A stretch of DNA of 64,000 nucleotides, taken from the NCBI RefSeq assembly GCF_009914755.1, contig NC_060934.1; one strand, given 5' to 3'. Origin of the DNA: the human T2T-CHM13v2.0 reference genome, Homo sapiens. Shown here one piece after another: positions 10,901 to 23,100 of this stretch. The notes below the pieces were generated by a model that ran no database searches, had not been told where the DNA came from, and was given only the letters and a program-made list of their open reading frames with translations. Numbering within the stretch: position 1 is the first letter of the stretch; every line of letters starts with the position of its first letter. The position numbers were made by a program, and so were the translations under genes.

Positions 10901-13900
10901 TTGTAAGTCTGCAGGTGGATAATTGGCCCTCTTTGAGCCCTTCATTGGAAACGGGATTTCCTCATATAATGCTAGACAGAAGAATTCTCAGTAACTTCTT
11001 TGTGTTGTTTGTATTCAACTCACAGATTTGAACCTTCCTTTAGAGAGACCAGATTTGAAACACTCTGTTTTTGGAATTTGCATGTGCAGATTTCAAGCGC
11101 TTCTAGGCCTATGGCAGAAAAGTAAATATCTTCGTATAAAAACTACACAGAATCATTCTCAACAACTACTTTGTGATGTGTGCGTTGAACTCACAGAGTT
11201 TAACCTTTCTTTTCATAGAGCAGTTTGGAAACACTCTGTTTGTAAAGCCTGCAAGTGCTTTTTTGGACTTCATTGAGGCCTTCGTTGGAAACGGGATTTC
11301 TTCATATAATGCTAGACAGAAGAATTCTCAGTCACTTCTTTGTGTTGTGTGTATTCAAGTCACAGAGTTGAACCTTCTTTTAGACAGAGCAGTTTTGAAA
11401 AATTCTTTCTGTGGAATTTGCAAGTGGAGATTTCAAGCGATTTGAGGCTAATCTTTGAAATGGAAATATCTTCGTGTAAAAACTACACAGAATCATTCTC
11501 AGAAACTGCTTTGTTATATGTGCGTTCAGTTCACAGAGTTTAACCTTTCTCTTCAGAGAGCAGTTTGGAAAGACTCTGTCTGTAAAGTCCGCAAGTGATT
11601 AGTTAGACCCCTTTGAGGCCTTCGTTGGAAGCGGGATTTCCCATTTACTGCTAGACAGAAGAATTCTCAGTAAATCCTTTGTGTTGTGTGTATTCAACTC
11701 ACAGAGTGGAACCTTCCTTTATTCAGAGCAGTTTTGAAAAACACTTTTTGTGGAATTTGCAAGTGGAGATTTCAAGCGATTTGACGCCAATCTTAGACAT
11801 GGAAATATCTTCATATTAAAAGTACACAGAGTCATTCGTAGAAACTAGTTTGTGATGTGTGCCTTCAACTCACAGAGTTTAACCTTTCTTTTCATAGAGC
11901 AGTTTGGAAACACTCTATTTGTAAAGTCTGCAAGTGGATATTTGGACCTCTTTGAGGCCTTCGTTGGAAACGGGATTTCTTCATACAACGCTAGACAGAA
12001 GAATTCTCAGTAACTTCTTTGTGTTGTGTGTATTCAACTCACAGAGTTGAACCTTTCTTTAGAGAGAGCAGAGTTGAAACACTCTGTTTTTGGAATTTGC
12101 AACTGCAGATTTCAAGCGATTCTAGGCCTATGGCAGAAAAGGAAATATCTTCGTATAAAAACTACACAGAATCATTCTCAACAACTACTTTGTGATGTGT
12201 GCGTTCAACTCACAGAGTTTAACCTTTCTTTTCATAGAGGAGTTTGGAAACACTCTGTTTGTAAAGCCTGCAAGTGCTTTTTTGGACTTCATTGAGGCCT
12301 TCGTTGGAAACGGGATTTCTTCATATAATGCTAGACAGAAGAATTCTCAGTCACTTCTTTGTGTTGTGTGTATTCAAGTCACAGAGTTGAACCTTCCTTT
12401 AGACAGAGCAGTTTTGAAAAATTCTTTCTGTGGAGTTTGCAAGTGGAGATTTCAAGCGATTTGAGGCTAATCTTTGAAATGGAAATATCTTCGTGTAAAA
12501 ACTACACAGAATCATTCTCAGAAACTGCTTTGTCATCTGTGCGTTCAGTTCACAGAGTTTCACCTTTCTCTTCATAGAGCAGTTTGGAAAGACTCTGTCT
12601 GTAAAGTCTGCAAGTGATTAGTTAGACCCCTTTGAGGCCTTCGTTGGAAGCGGGATTTCTCATTTACTGCTAGACAGAAGAATTCTCAGTAAATCCTTTG
12701 TGTTGTGTGTATTCAACTCACAGAGTGGAACCTTCCTTTATTCAGAGCAGTTTTGAAAAACACTTTTTGTGGAATTTGCAAGTGGAGATTTCAAGCGATT
12801 TGACGCCAATCTTAGACATGGAAATATCTTCATATTAAAAGTACACAGAGTCATTCGTAGAAACTAGTTTGTGATGTGTGCCTTCAACTCACAGAGTTTA
12901 ACCTTTCTTTTCATAGAGCAGTTTGGAAACACTCTATTTGTAAAGTCTGCAAGTGGATATTTGGACCTCTTTGAGGCCTTCGTTGGAAACGGGATTTCTT
13001 CATACAACGCTAGACAGAAGAATTCTCAGTAACTTCTTTGTGTTGTGTGTATTCAACTCACAGAGTTGAACCTTTCTTTAGAGAGAGCAGAGTTGAAACA
13101 CTCTGTTTTTGGAATTTGCAACTGCAGATTTCAAGCGCTTCTAGGCCTATGGCAGAAAAGGAAATATCTTCGTATAAAAACTACACAGAATCATTCTCAA
13201 CAACGACTTTGTGATGTGTGCGTTCAACTCACAGAGTTTAACCTTTCTTTTCATAGAGCAGTTTGGAAACACTCTGTTTGTAAAGCCTGCAAGTGCTTTT
13301 TTGGACTTCATTGAGGCCTTCGTTGGAAACGGGATTTCTTCATGTAATGCTAGACAGAAGAATTCTCAGTCACTTCTTTGTGTTGTGTGTATTCAAGTCA
13401 CAGAGTTGAACCTTCCTTTAGACAGAGCAGTTTTGAAAAATTCTTTCTGTGTAATTTGCAAGTGGAGATTTCAAGCGATTTGAGGCTAATCTTTGAAATG
13501 GAAATATCTTCGTGTAAAAACTACACAGAATCATTCTCAGAAACTGCTTTGTCATCTGTGCGTTCAGTTCACAGAGTTTCACCTTTCTCTTCATAGAGCA
13601 GTTTGGAAACACTCTGTTTGTAAAGCCTGCAAGTGCTTTTTTGGACTTCATTGAGGCCTTCGTTGGAAACGGTATTTCTTCATACAACGCTAGACAGAAG
13701 AATTCTCAGTAACTTCTTTGTGTTGTGTGTATTCAACTCACAGAGTTGAACCTTTCTTTAGAGAGAGCAGAGTTGAAACACTCTGTTTTTGGAATTTGCA
13801 AGGGCAGATTTCAAGCGATTCTAGGCCTATGGCAGAAAAGGAATTATCTTCGTATAAAAACTACACAGAATCATTCTCAACAACTACTTTGTGATGTGTG

Positions 13901-15396
13901 CGTTCAACTCACAAAGTTTAACCTTTCTTTTCATAGAGCAGTTTGGAAACACTCTGTTTGTAAAGCCTGCAAGTGCTTTTTTGGACTTCATTGAGGCCTT
14001 CGTTGGAAACGGGATTTCTTCATATAATGCTAGACAGAAGAATTCTCAGTAAAACCTTTGTGTTGTGTTCATTCAACTCACAGAGTGGAACCTTCCTTTA
14101 TTCAGAGCAGTTTTGAAACACTCTTTTTGTGGAATTTGCAAGTGGAGATTTCAAGCGATTTGACGCCAATCTTAGACATGGAAATATCTTCATATTAAAA
14201 GTACACAGAATCATTCGTAGAAACTAGTTTGTGATGTGTGCCTTCAACTTACAGAGTTTAACCTTTCTTTTCATAGAGCAGTTAGGAAACATTCTATTTA
14301 TAAAGTCTGCAAGTGGATATTTGGACCTCTTTGAGGCCTTCGTTGGAAAAGGGATTTCTTCATATAACGCTAGACAGAAGAATTCTCAGTAACTTCTTTG
14401 TGTTGTGTGTATTCAACTCACAGAGTTGAACGTTTCTTTAGAGAGAGCAGAGTTGAAACACTCTTTTTGTGGAATTTGCTAGTGCAGATTTCAAACGCTT
14501 CGAAGACAGTGATAGAAAAGGATATATCTTCGTACTAAAAGTAGACAAAATCATTCTCAGAAAACACTTTGTGATGTGTGTGTTCAACTCACAGAGTTTA
14601 ACCTTTCTTTAATCGAGCAGTTTGGAAATACAATCTTTGTAAGTCTGCAGGTGGATAATTGGCCCTCTTTGAGCCCTTCATTGGAAACGGGATTTCCTCA
14701 TATAATGCTAGACAGAAGAATTCTCAGTAACTTCTTTGTGTTGTTTGTATTCAACTCACAGATTTGAACCTTCCTTTAGAGAGACCAGATTTGAAACACT
14801 CTGTTTTTGGAATTTGCAAGTGCAGATTTCAAGCGCTTCTAGGCCTATGGCAGAAAAGTAAATATCTTCGTATAAAAACTACACAGAATCATTCTCAACA
14901 ACTACTTTGTGATGTGTGCGTTGAACTCACAGAGTTTAACCTTTCTTTTCATAGAGCAGTTTGGAAACACTCTGTTTGTAAAGCCTGCAAGTGCTTTTTT
15001 GGACTTCATTGACGCCTTCGTTGGAAACGGGATTTCTTCATATAATGCTAGACAGAAGAATTCTCAGTCACTTCTTTGTGTTGTGTGTATTCAAGTCACA
15101 GAGTTGAACCTTCTTTTAGACAGAGCAGTTTTGAAAAATTCTTTCTGTGGAATTTGCAAGTGGAGATTTCAAGCGATTTGAGGCTAATCTTTGAAATGGA
15201 AATATCTTCGTGTAAAAACTACACAGAATCATTCTCAGAAACTGCTTTGTTATATGTGCGTTCAGTTCACAGAGTTTAACCTTTCTCTTCAGAGAGCAGT
15301 TTGGAAAGACTCTGTCTGTAAAGTCCGCAAGTGATTAGTTAGACCCCTTTGAGGCCTTCGTTGGAAGCGGGATTTCCCATTTACTGCTAGACAGAA
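7925..15396 (+). repeat. Tandem duplication of a 3736-bp 22-mer (C A B C A B' A C D A* B) x2
   Basis: ORF offsets 8290/12026, 9682/13418 and 10840/14576 are all 3736. Private variants are shared by both copies (CAACGACTT, CATGTAATG, AAACGGTA, GTAAAACCTTTG, GTTAGGAAACATTC). Confidence 0.92.
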
Positions 15397-18300
15397 GAAT
15401 TCTCAGTAAATCCTTTGTGTTGTGTGTATTCAACTCACAGAGTGGAACCTTCCTTTATTCAGAGCACTTTTGAAAAACACTTTTTGTGGAATTTGCAAGT
15501 GGAGATTTCAAGCGATTTGACGCCAATCTTAGACATGGAAATATCTTCATATTAAAAGTACACAGAGTCATTCGTAAAAACTAGTTTGTGATGTGTGCCT
15601 TCAACTCACAGAGTTTAACCTTTCTTTTCATAGAGCAGTTTGGAAACACTCTATTTGTAAAGTCTGCAAGTGGATATTTGGACCTCTTTGAGGCCTTCGT
15701 TGGAAACGGGATTTCTTCATACAACGCTAGACAGAAGAATTCTCAGTAACTTCTTTGTGTTGTGTGTATTCAACTCACAGAGTTGAACCTTTCTTTAGAG
15801 AGAGCAGAGTTGAAACACTCTGTTTTTGGAATTTGCAACTGCAGATTTCAAGCGATTCTAGGCCTATGGCAGAAAAGGAAATATCTTCGTATAAAAACTA
15901 CACAGAATCATTCTCAACAACTACTTTGTGATGTGTGCGTTCAACTCACAGAGTTTAACCTTTCTTTTCATAGAGCAGTTTGGAATCACTCTGTTTGTAA
16001 AGCCTGCAAGTGCTTTTTTGGACTTCATTGAGGCCTTCGTTGGAAACGGGATTTCTGCATATAATGCTAGACAGAAGAATTCTCAGTAAATCCTTTGTGT
16101 TGTGTTTATTCAACTCACAGAGTGGAACCTTCCTTTATTCAGAGCAGTTTTGAAACACTCTTTTTGTGGAATTTGCAAGTGGAGATTTCAAGCGATTTGA
16201 CGCCAATCTTAGACATGGAAATATCTTCATATTAAAAGTACACAGAATCATTCGTAGAAACTAGTTTGTGATGTGTGCCTTCAACTCACAGAGTTTAACC
16301 TTTCTTTTCATAGAGCTGTTCGGAAACACTCTATTTGTAAAGTCTGCAAGTGGATATTTGGACCTCTTTGAGGCCTTCGTTGGAAAAGGGATTTCTTCAT
16401 ATAACGCTAGACAGAAGAATTCTCAGTAACTTCTTTGTGTTGTGTGTATTCAACTCACAGAGTTGAACCTTTCTTGAGAGAGATCAGAGTTGAAACACTC
16501 TTTTTGTGGAATTTGCTAGTGCAGATTTCAAACGCTTCGAAGACTGTGATAGAAAAGGATATATCTTCGTATTAAAACTAGACAAAATCATTCTCAGAAA
16601 ACACTTTGTGATGTGTGTGTTCAACTCACAGAGTTTAACGTTTCTTTAATCGAGCAGTTTGGAAATACACTCTTTGTAAGTCTGCAGGTGGATAATTGGC
16701 CCTCTTTGAGCCCTTCATTTGAAACGGGATTTCCTCATATAATGCTAGACAGAAGAATTCTCAGTAACTTCTTTGTGTTGTTTGTATTCAACTCACAGAT
16801 TTGAACCTTCCTTTAGAGAGAGCAGATTTGAAACACTCTGTTTTTGGAATTTGCAAGTGCAGATTTCAAGCGCTTCTAGGCCTATGGCAGAAAAGTAAAT
16901 ATCTTCGTATAAAAACTACACAGAATCATTCTCAACAACTACTTTGTGATGTGTGCGTTCAACTCACAGAGTTTAACCTTTCTTTTCATAGAGCAGTTTG
17001 GAAACACTCTGTTTGTAAAGCCTGCAAGTGCTTTTTTGGACTTCATTGAGGCCTTCGTTGGAAACGGGATTTCTTCATATAATGCTAGACAGAAGAATTC
17101 TCAGTCACTTCTTTGTGTTGTGTGTATTCAAGTCACAGAGTTGAACCTTCTTTTAGACAGAGCAGTTTTGAAAAATTCTTTCTGTGGAATTTGCAAGTGG
17201 AGATTTCAAGCGATTTGAGGCTAATCTTTGAAATGGAAATATCTTCGTGTAAAAACTACACAGAATCATTATCAGAAACTGCTTTGTTATATGTGCGTTC
17301 AGTTCACAGAGTTTAACCTTTCTCTTCAGAGAGCAGTTTGGAAAGACTCTGTCTGTTAAGTCCGCAAGTGATTAGTTAGACCCCTTTGAGGCCTTCGTTG
17401 GAAGCGGGATTTCTCATTTACTGCTAGACAGAAGAATTCTCAGTAAATCCTTTGTGTTGTGTGTATTCAACTCACAGAGTGGAACCTTCCTTTATTCAGA
17501 GCACTTTTGAAAAACACTTTTTGTGGAATTTGCAAGTGGAGATTTCAAGCGATTTGACGCCAATCTTAGACATGGAAATATCTTCATATTAAAAGTACAC
17601 AGAGTCATTCGTAAAAACTAGTTTGTGATGTGTGCCTTCAACTCACAGAGTTTAACCTTTCTTTTCATAGAGCAGTTTGGAAACACTCTATTTGTAAAGT
17701 CTGCAAGTGGATATTTGGACCTCTTTGAGGCCTTCGTTGGAAACGGGATTTCTTCATACAACGCTAGACAGAAGAATTCTCAGTAACTTCTTTGTGTTGT
17801 GTGTATTCAACTCACAGAGTTGAACCTTTCTTTAGAGAGAGCAGAGTTGAAACACTCTGTTTTTGGAATTTGCAAGTGCAGATTTCAAGCGATTCTAGGC
17901 CTATGGAAGAAAAGGAAATATCTTCGTATAAAAACTACACAGAATCATTCTCAACAACTACTTTGTGATGTGTGCGTTCAACTCACAGAGTTTAACCTTT
18001 CTTTTCATAGAGCAGTTATGAAACACTCTGTTTGTAAAGCCTGCAAGTGCTTTTTTGGACTTCATTGAGGCCTTCGTTGGAAACGGGATTTCTTCATATA
18101 ATGCTAGACAGAAGAATTCTCAGTCACTTCTTTGTGTTGTGTGTATTCAAGTCACAGGGTTGAACCTTCCTTTAGACAGAGCAGTTTTGAAAAATTCTTT
18201 CTGTGGAGTTTGCAAGTGGCGATTTCAAGCGATTTGAGGCTAATCTTTGAAATGGGAATATCTTCGTGTAAAAACTACACAGAAGCATTCTCAGAAACTG

Positions 18301-19812
18301 CTTTGTCATCTGTGCGTTCAGTTCACAGAGTTTCACCTTTCTCTTCATAGAGCAGTTTGGAAAGACTCTGTCTGTAAAGTCTGCAAGTGATTAGTTAGAC
18401 CCCTTTGAGGCCTTCGTTGGAAGCGGGATTTCTCATTTACTGCTAGACAGAAGAATTCTCAGTAAATCCTTTGTGTTGTGTGTATTCAACTCACAGAGTG
18501 GAACCTTCCTTTATTCAGAGCAGTTTTGAAAAACACTTTTTGTGGAATTTGCAAATGGAGATTTCAACCGATTTGACGGCAATCTTAGACATGGAAATAT
18601 CTTCATATTAAAAGTACACAGAGTCATTCGTAGAAACTAGTTTGTGATGTGTGCCTTCAACTCACAGAGTTTAACCTTTCTTTTCATAGAGCAGTTTGGA
18701 AACACTCTGTTTGTAAAGCCTGCAAGTGCTTTTTTGGACTACATTGAGGCCTTCGTTGGAAACGGGATTTCTTCATACAACGCTAGACAGAAGAATTCTC
18801 ACTAACTTCTTTGTGTTGTGTGTATTCAACTCACAGAGTTGAACCTTTCTTTAGAGAGAGCAGAGCTGAAACACTCTGTTTTTGGAATTTGCAAGGGGAG
18901 ATTTCAAGCGATTCTAGGCCTATGGCAGAAAAGGAATTATCTTCGTATAAAAACTACACAGAATCATTCTCAACAACTACTTTGTGATGTGTGCGCTCCA
19001 CTCACAAAGTTTAACCTTTCTTTTCATAGAGCAGTTTGGAAACACTCTGCTTGTAAAGCCTGCCAGTGCCTTTTTCGACTTCATTGAGGCCTTCGTTGGA
19101 AACGGGATTTCTTCATATAATGCTAGACAGAAGAATTCTCAGTAAATCCTTTGTGTTGTGTTTATTCAACTCACAGAGTGGAACCTTCCTTTATTCAGAG
19201 CAGTTTTGAAACACTCTTTTTGTGGAATTTGCAAGTGGAGATTTCAAGCGATTTGACGCCAATTTTAGACATGGAAATATCTTCATATTAAAAGTACACA
19301 GAATCATTCGTAGAAACTAGTTTGTGATGTGTGCCTTCAACTCACAGAGTTTAACCTTTCTTTTCATAGAGCAGTTCGGAAACATTCTATTTGTAAAGTC
19401 TGCAAGTGGATATTTGGACCTCTTTGAGGCCTTCGTTGGAAAAGGGATTTCTTCATATAACGCTAGACAGAAGAATTCTCAGTAACTTCTTTGTGTTGTG
19501 TGTATTCAACTCACAGAGTTGAACCTTTCTTTAGAGAGAGCAGAGTTGAAACACTCTTTTTGTGGAATTTGCTAGTGCAGATTTCAAACGCTTCGAAGAC
19601 AGTGATAGAAAAGGATATATCTTCGTATTAAAAGTAGACAAAATCATTCTCAGAAAACTCTTTGTGATGTGTGTGTTCAACTCACAGAGTTTAACCTTTC
19701 TTTTCATAGAGCAGTTTGGAAACACTCTGTTTGTAAAGCCTGCAAGTGCTTTTTTGTACTTCATTGAGGCCTTCGTTGGAAACGGGATTTCTTCATACAA
19801 CGCTAGACAGAA
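9964..19812 (+). repeat. Diverged HOR-haplotype island
   Basis: Carries variants not seen outside this island: GTTATATGTGCG, CTTCAGAGAGC, AAGTCCGC, GAAAAGTAAAT, GGATAATTGG and GAATCATTCG in C. It also has A-C adjacency and many damaged CENP-B boxes. Confidence 0.8.
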
Positions 19813-20151
19813 GAATTCTCAGTAACTTCTTTGTGTTGTGTGTATTCAAGTCACAGAGTTGAACCTTCCTTTAGACAGAGCAGTTTTGAAAAATTCTTTC
19901 TGTGTAATTTGCAAGTGGAGATTTCAAGCGATTTGAGGCTAATCTTTGAAATGGAAATATCTTCGTGTAAAAACTACACAGAATCATTCTCAGAAACTGC
20001 TTTGTCATCTGTGCGTTCAGTTCACAGAGTTTCACCTTTCTCTTCATAGAGCAGTTTGGAAAGACTCTGTCTGTAAAGTCTGCAAGTGATTAGTTAGACC
20101 CCTTTAAGGCCTTCGTTGGAAGCGGGATTTCTCATTTACTGCTAGACAGAA

Positions 20152-23100
20152 GAATTCTCAGTAAATCCTTTGTGTTGTGTGTATTCAACTCACAGAGTGG
20201 AACCTTCCTTTATTCAGAGCAGTTTTGAAACACTCTTTTTGTGGAATTTGCAAGTGGAGATTTCAAGCGATTTGACGCCAATCTTAGACATGGAAATATC
20301 TTCATATTAAAAGTACACAGAGTCATTCGTAGAAACTAGTTTGTGATGTGTGCCTTCAACTCACAGAGTTTAACCTTTCTTTTCATAGAGCAGTTGGGAA
20401 ACACTGTATTTGTAAAGTCTGCAAGTGGATATTTGGACCTCTTTGAGGCCTTCGTTGGAAACGGGATTTCTTCATATAACGCTAGACAGAAGAATTCTCA
20501 GTAACTTCTTTGTGTTGTGTGTATTCAACTCACAGAGTTGAACCTTTCTTTAGAGGGAGCAGAGGTGAAACACTCTTTTTGTGGAATTTGCTAGTGCAGA
20601 TTTCAAACGCTTCGAAGACAGTGATAGAAAAGGATATATCTTCGTATTAAAAGTAGACAAAATCATTCTCAGAAAACTCTTTGTGATGTGTGTGTTCAAC
20701 TCACAGAGTTTAACCTTTCTTTTCATAGAGCAGTTTGGAAACACTCTGTTTGTAAAGCCTGCAAGTGCTTTTTTGGACTTCATTGAGGCCTTCGTTGGAA
20801 ACGGGATTTCTTCATACAACGCTAGTCAGAAGAATTCTCAGTAACTTCTTTGTGTTGTGTGTATTCAACTCACAGAGTTGAACCTTTCTTTAGAGAGACC
20901 ATAGTTGAAACACTCTGTTTTTGGAATTTGCAAGTGCAGATTTCAAGCGCTTCTAGGCCTATGGCAGAAAAGGAAATATCTTCGTATAAAAACTACACAG
21001 AATCATTCTCAACAACTACTTTGTGATGTGTGCGTTCAACTCACAGAGTTTAACCTTTCTTTTCATAGAGCAGTTTGGAAACACTCTGTTTGTAAAGCCT
21101 GCAAGTGCTTTTTTGGACTTCATTGAGGCCTTCGTTGGAAACGGGATTTCTTCATACAACGCTAGACAGAAGAATTCTCAGTAACTTCTTTGTGTTGTGT
21201 GTATTCAACTCACAGAGTTGAACCTTCCTTTAGAGAGAGCAGAGTTGAAACACTCTGTTTTTGGAATTTGCAAGTGCAGATTTCAAGCGCTTCTAGGCCT
21301 ATGGCAGAAAAGGAAATATCTTCGTATAAAAACTACACAGAATCATTCTCAACAACTACTTTGTGATGTGTGCGTTCAACTCACAGAGTTTAACCTTTCT
21401 TTTCATAGAGCAGTTTGGAAACACTCTGTTTGTAAAGCCTGCAAGTGCTTTTTTGGACTTCATTGAGGCCTTCGTTGGAAACGGGATTTCTTCATATAAT
21501 GCTAGACAGAAGAATTCTCAGTCACTTCTTTGTGTTGTGTGTATTCAAGTCACAGAGTTGAACCTTCCTTTAGACAGAGCAGTTTTGAAAAATTCTTTCT
21601 GTGGAGTTTGCAAGTGGAGATTTCAAGCGATTTGAGGCTAATCTTTGAAATGGAAATATCTTCGTGTAAAAACTACACAGAATCATTCTCAGAAACTGCT
21701 TTGTCATCTGTGCGTTCAGTTCACAGAGTTTCACCTTTCTCTTCATAGAGCAGTTTGGAAAGACTCTGTCTGTAAAGTCTGCAAGTGATTAGTTAGACCC
21801 CTTTGAGGCCTTCGTTGGAAGCGGGATTTCTCATTTACTGCTAGACAGAAGAATTCTCAGTAAATCCTTTGTGTTGTGTGTATTCAACTCACAGAGTGGA
21901 ACCTTCCTTTATTCAGAGCAGTTTTGAAAAACACTTTTTGTGGAATTTACAAGTGGAGATTTCAAGCGATTTGACGCCAATCTTAGACATGGAAATATCT
22001 TCATATTAAAAGTACACAGAGTCATTCGTAGAAACTAGTTTGTGATGTGTGCCTTCAACTCACAGAGTTTAACCTTTCTTTTCATAGAGCAGTTGGGAAA
22101 CACTCTATTTGTAAAGTCTGCAAGTGGATATTTGGACCTCTTTGAGGCCTTCGTTGGAAACGGGATTTCTTCATATAACGCTAGACAGAAGAATTCTCAG
22201 TAACTTCTTTGTGTTGTGTGTATTCAACTCACAGAGTTGAACCTTTCTTTAGAGGGAGCAGAGGTGAAACACTCTTTTTGTGGAATTTGCTAGTGCAGAT
22301 TTCAAACGCTTCGAAGACAGTGATAGAAAAGGATATATCTTCGTATTAAAAGTAGACAAAATCATTCTCAGAAAACTCTTTGTGATGTGTGTGTTCAACT
22401 CACAGAGTTTAACCTTTCTTTTCATAGAGCAGTTTGGAAACACTCTGTTTGTAAAGCCTGCAAGTGCTTTTTTGGACTTCATTGAGGCCTTCGTTGGAAA
22501 CGGGATTTCTTCATACAACGCTAGTCAGAAGAATTCTCAGTAACTTCTTTGTGTTGTGTGTATTCAACTCACAGAGTTGAACCTTTCTTTAGAGAGAGCA
22601 TAGTTGAAACACTCTGTTTTTGGAATTTGCAAGTGCAGATTTCAAGCGCTTCTAGGCCTATGGCAGAAAAGGAAATATCTTCGTATAAAAACTACACAGA
22701 ATCATTCTCAACAACTACTTTGTGATGTGTGCGTTCAACTCACAGAGTTTAACCTTTCTTTTCATAGAGCAGTTTGGAAACACTCTGTTTGTAAAGCCTG
22801 CAAGTGCTTTTTTGGACTTCATTGAGGCCTTCGTTGGAAACGGGATTTCTTCATATAATGCTAGACAGAAGAATTCTCAGTCACTTCTTTGTGTTGTGTG
22901 TATTCAAGTCACAGAGTTGAACCTTCCTTTAGACAGAGCAGTTTTGAAAAATTCTTTCTGTGGAGTTTGCAAGTGGAGATTTCAAGCGATTTGAGGCTAA
23001 TCTTTGAAATGGAAATATCTTCGTGTAAAAACTACACAGAATCATTCTCAGAAACTGCTTTGTCATCTGTGCGTTCAGTTCACAGAGTTTCACCTTTCTC

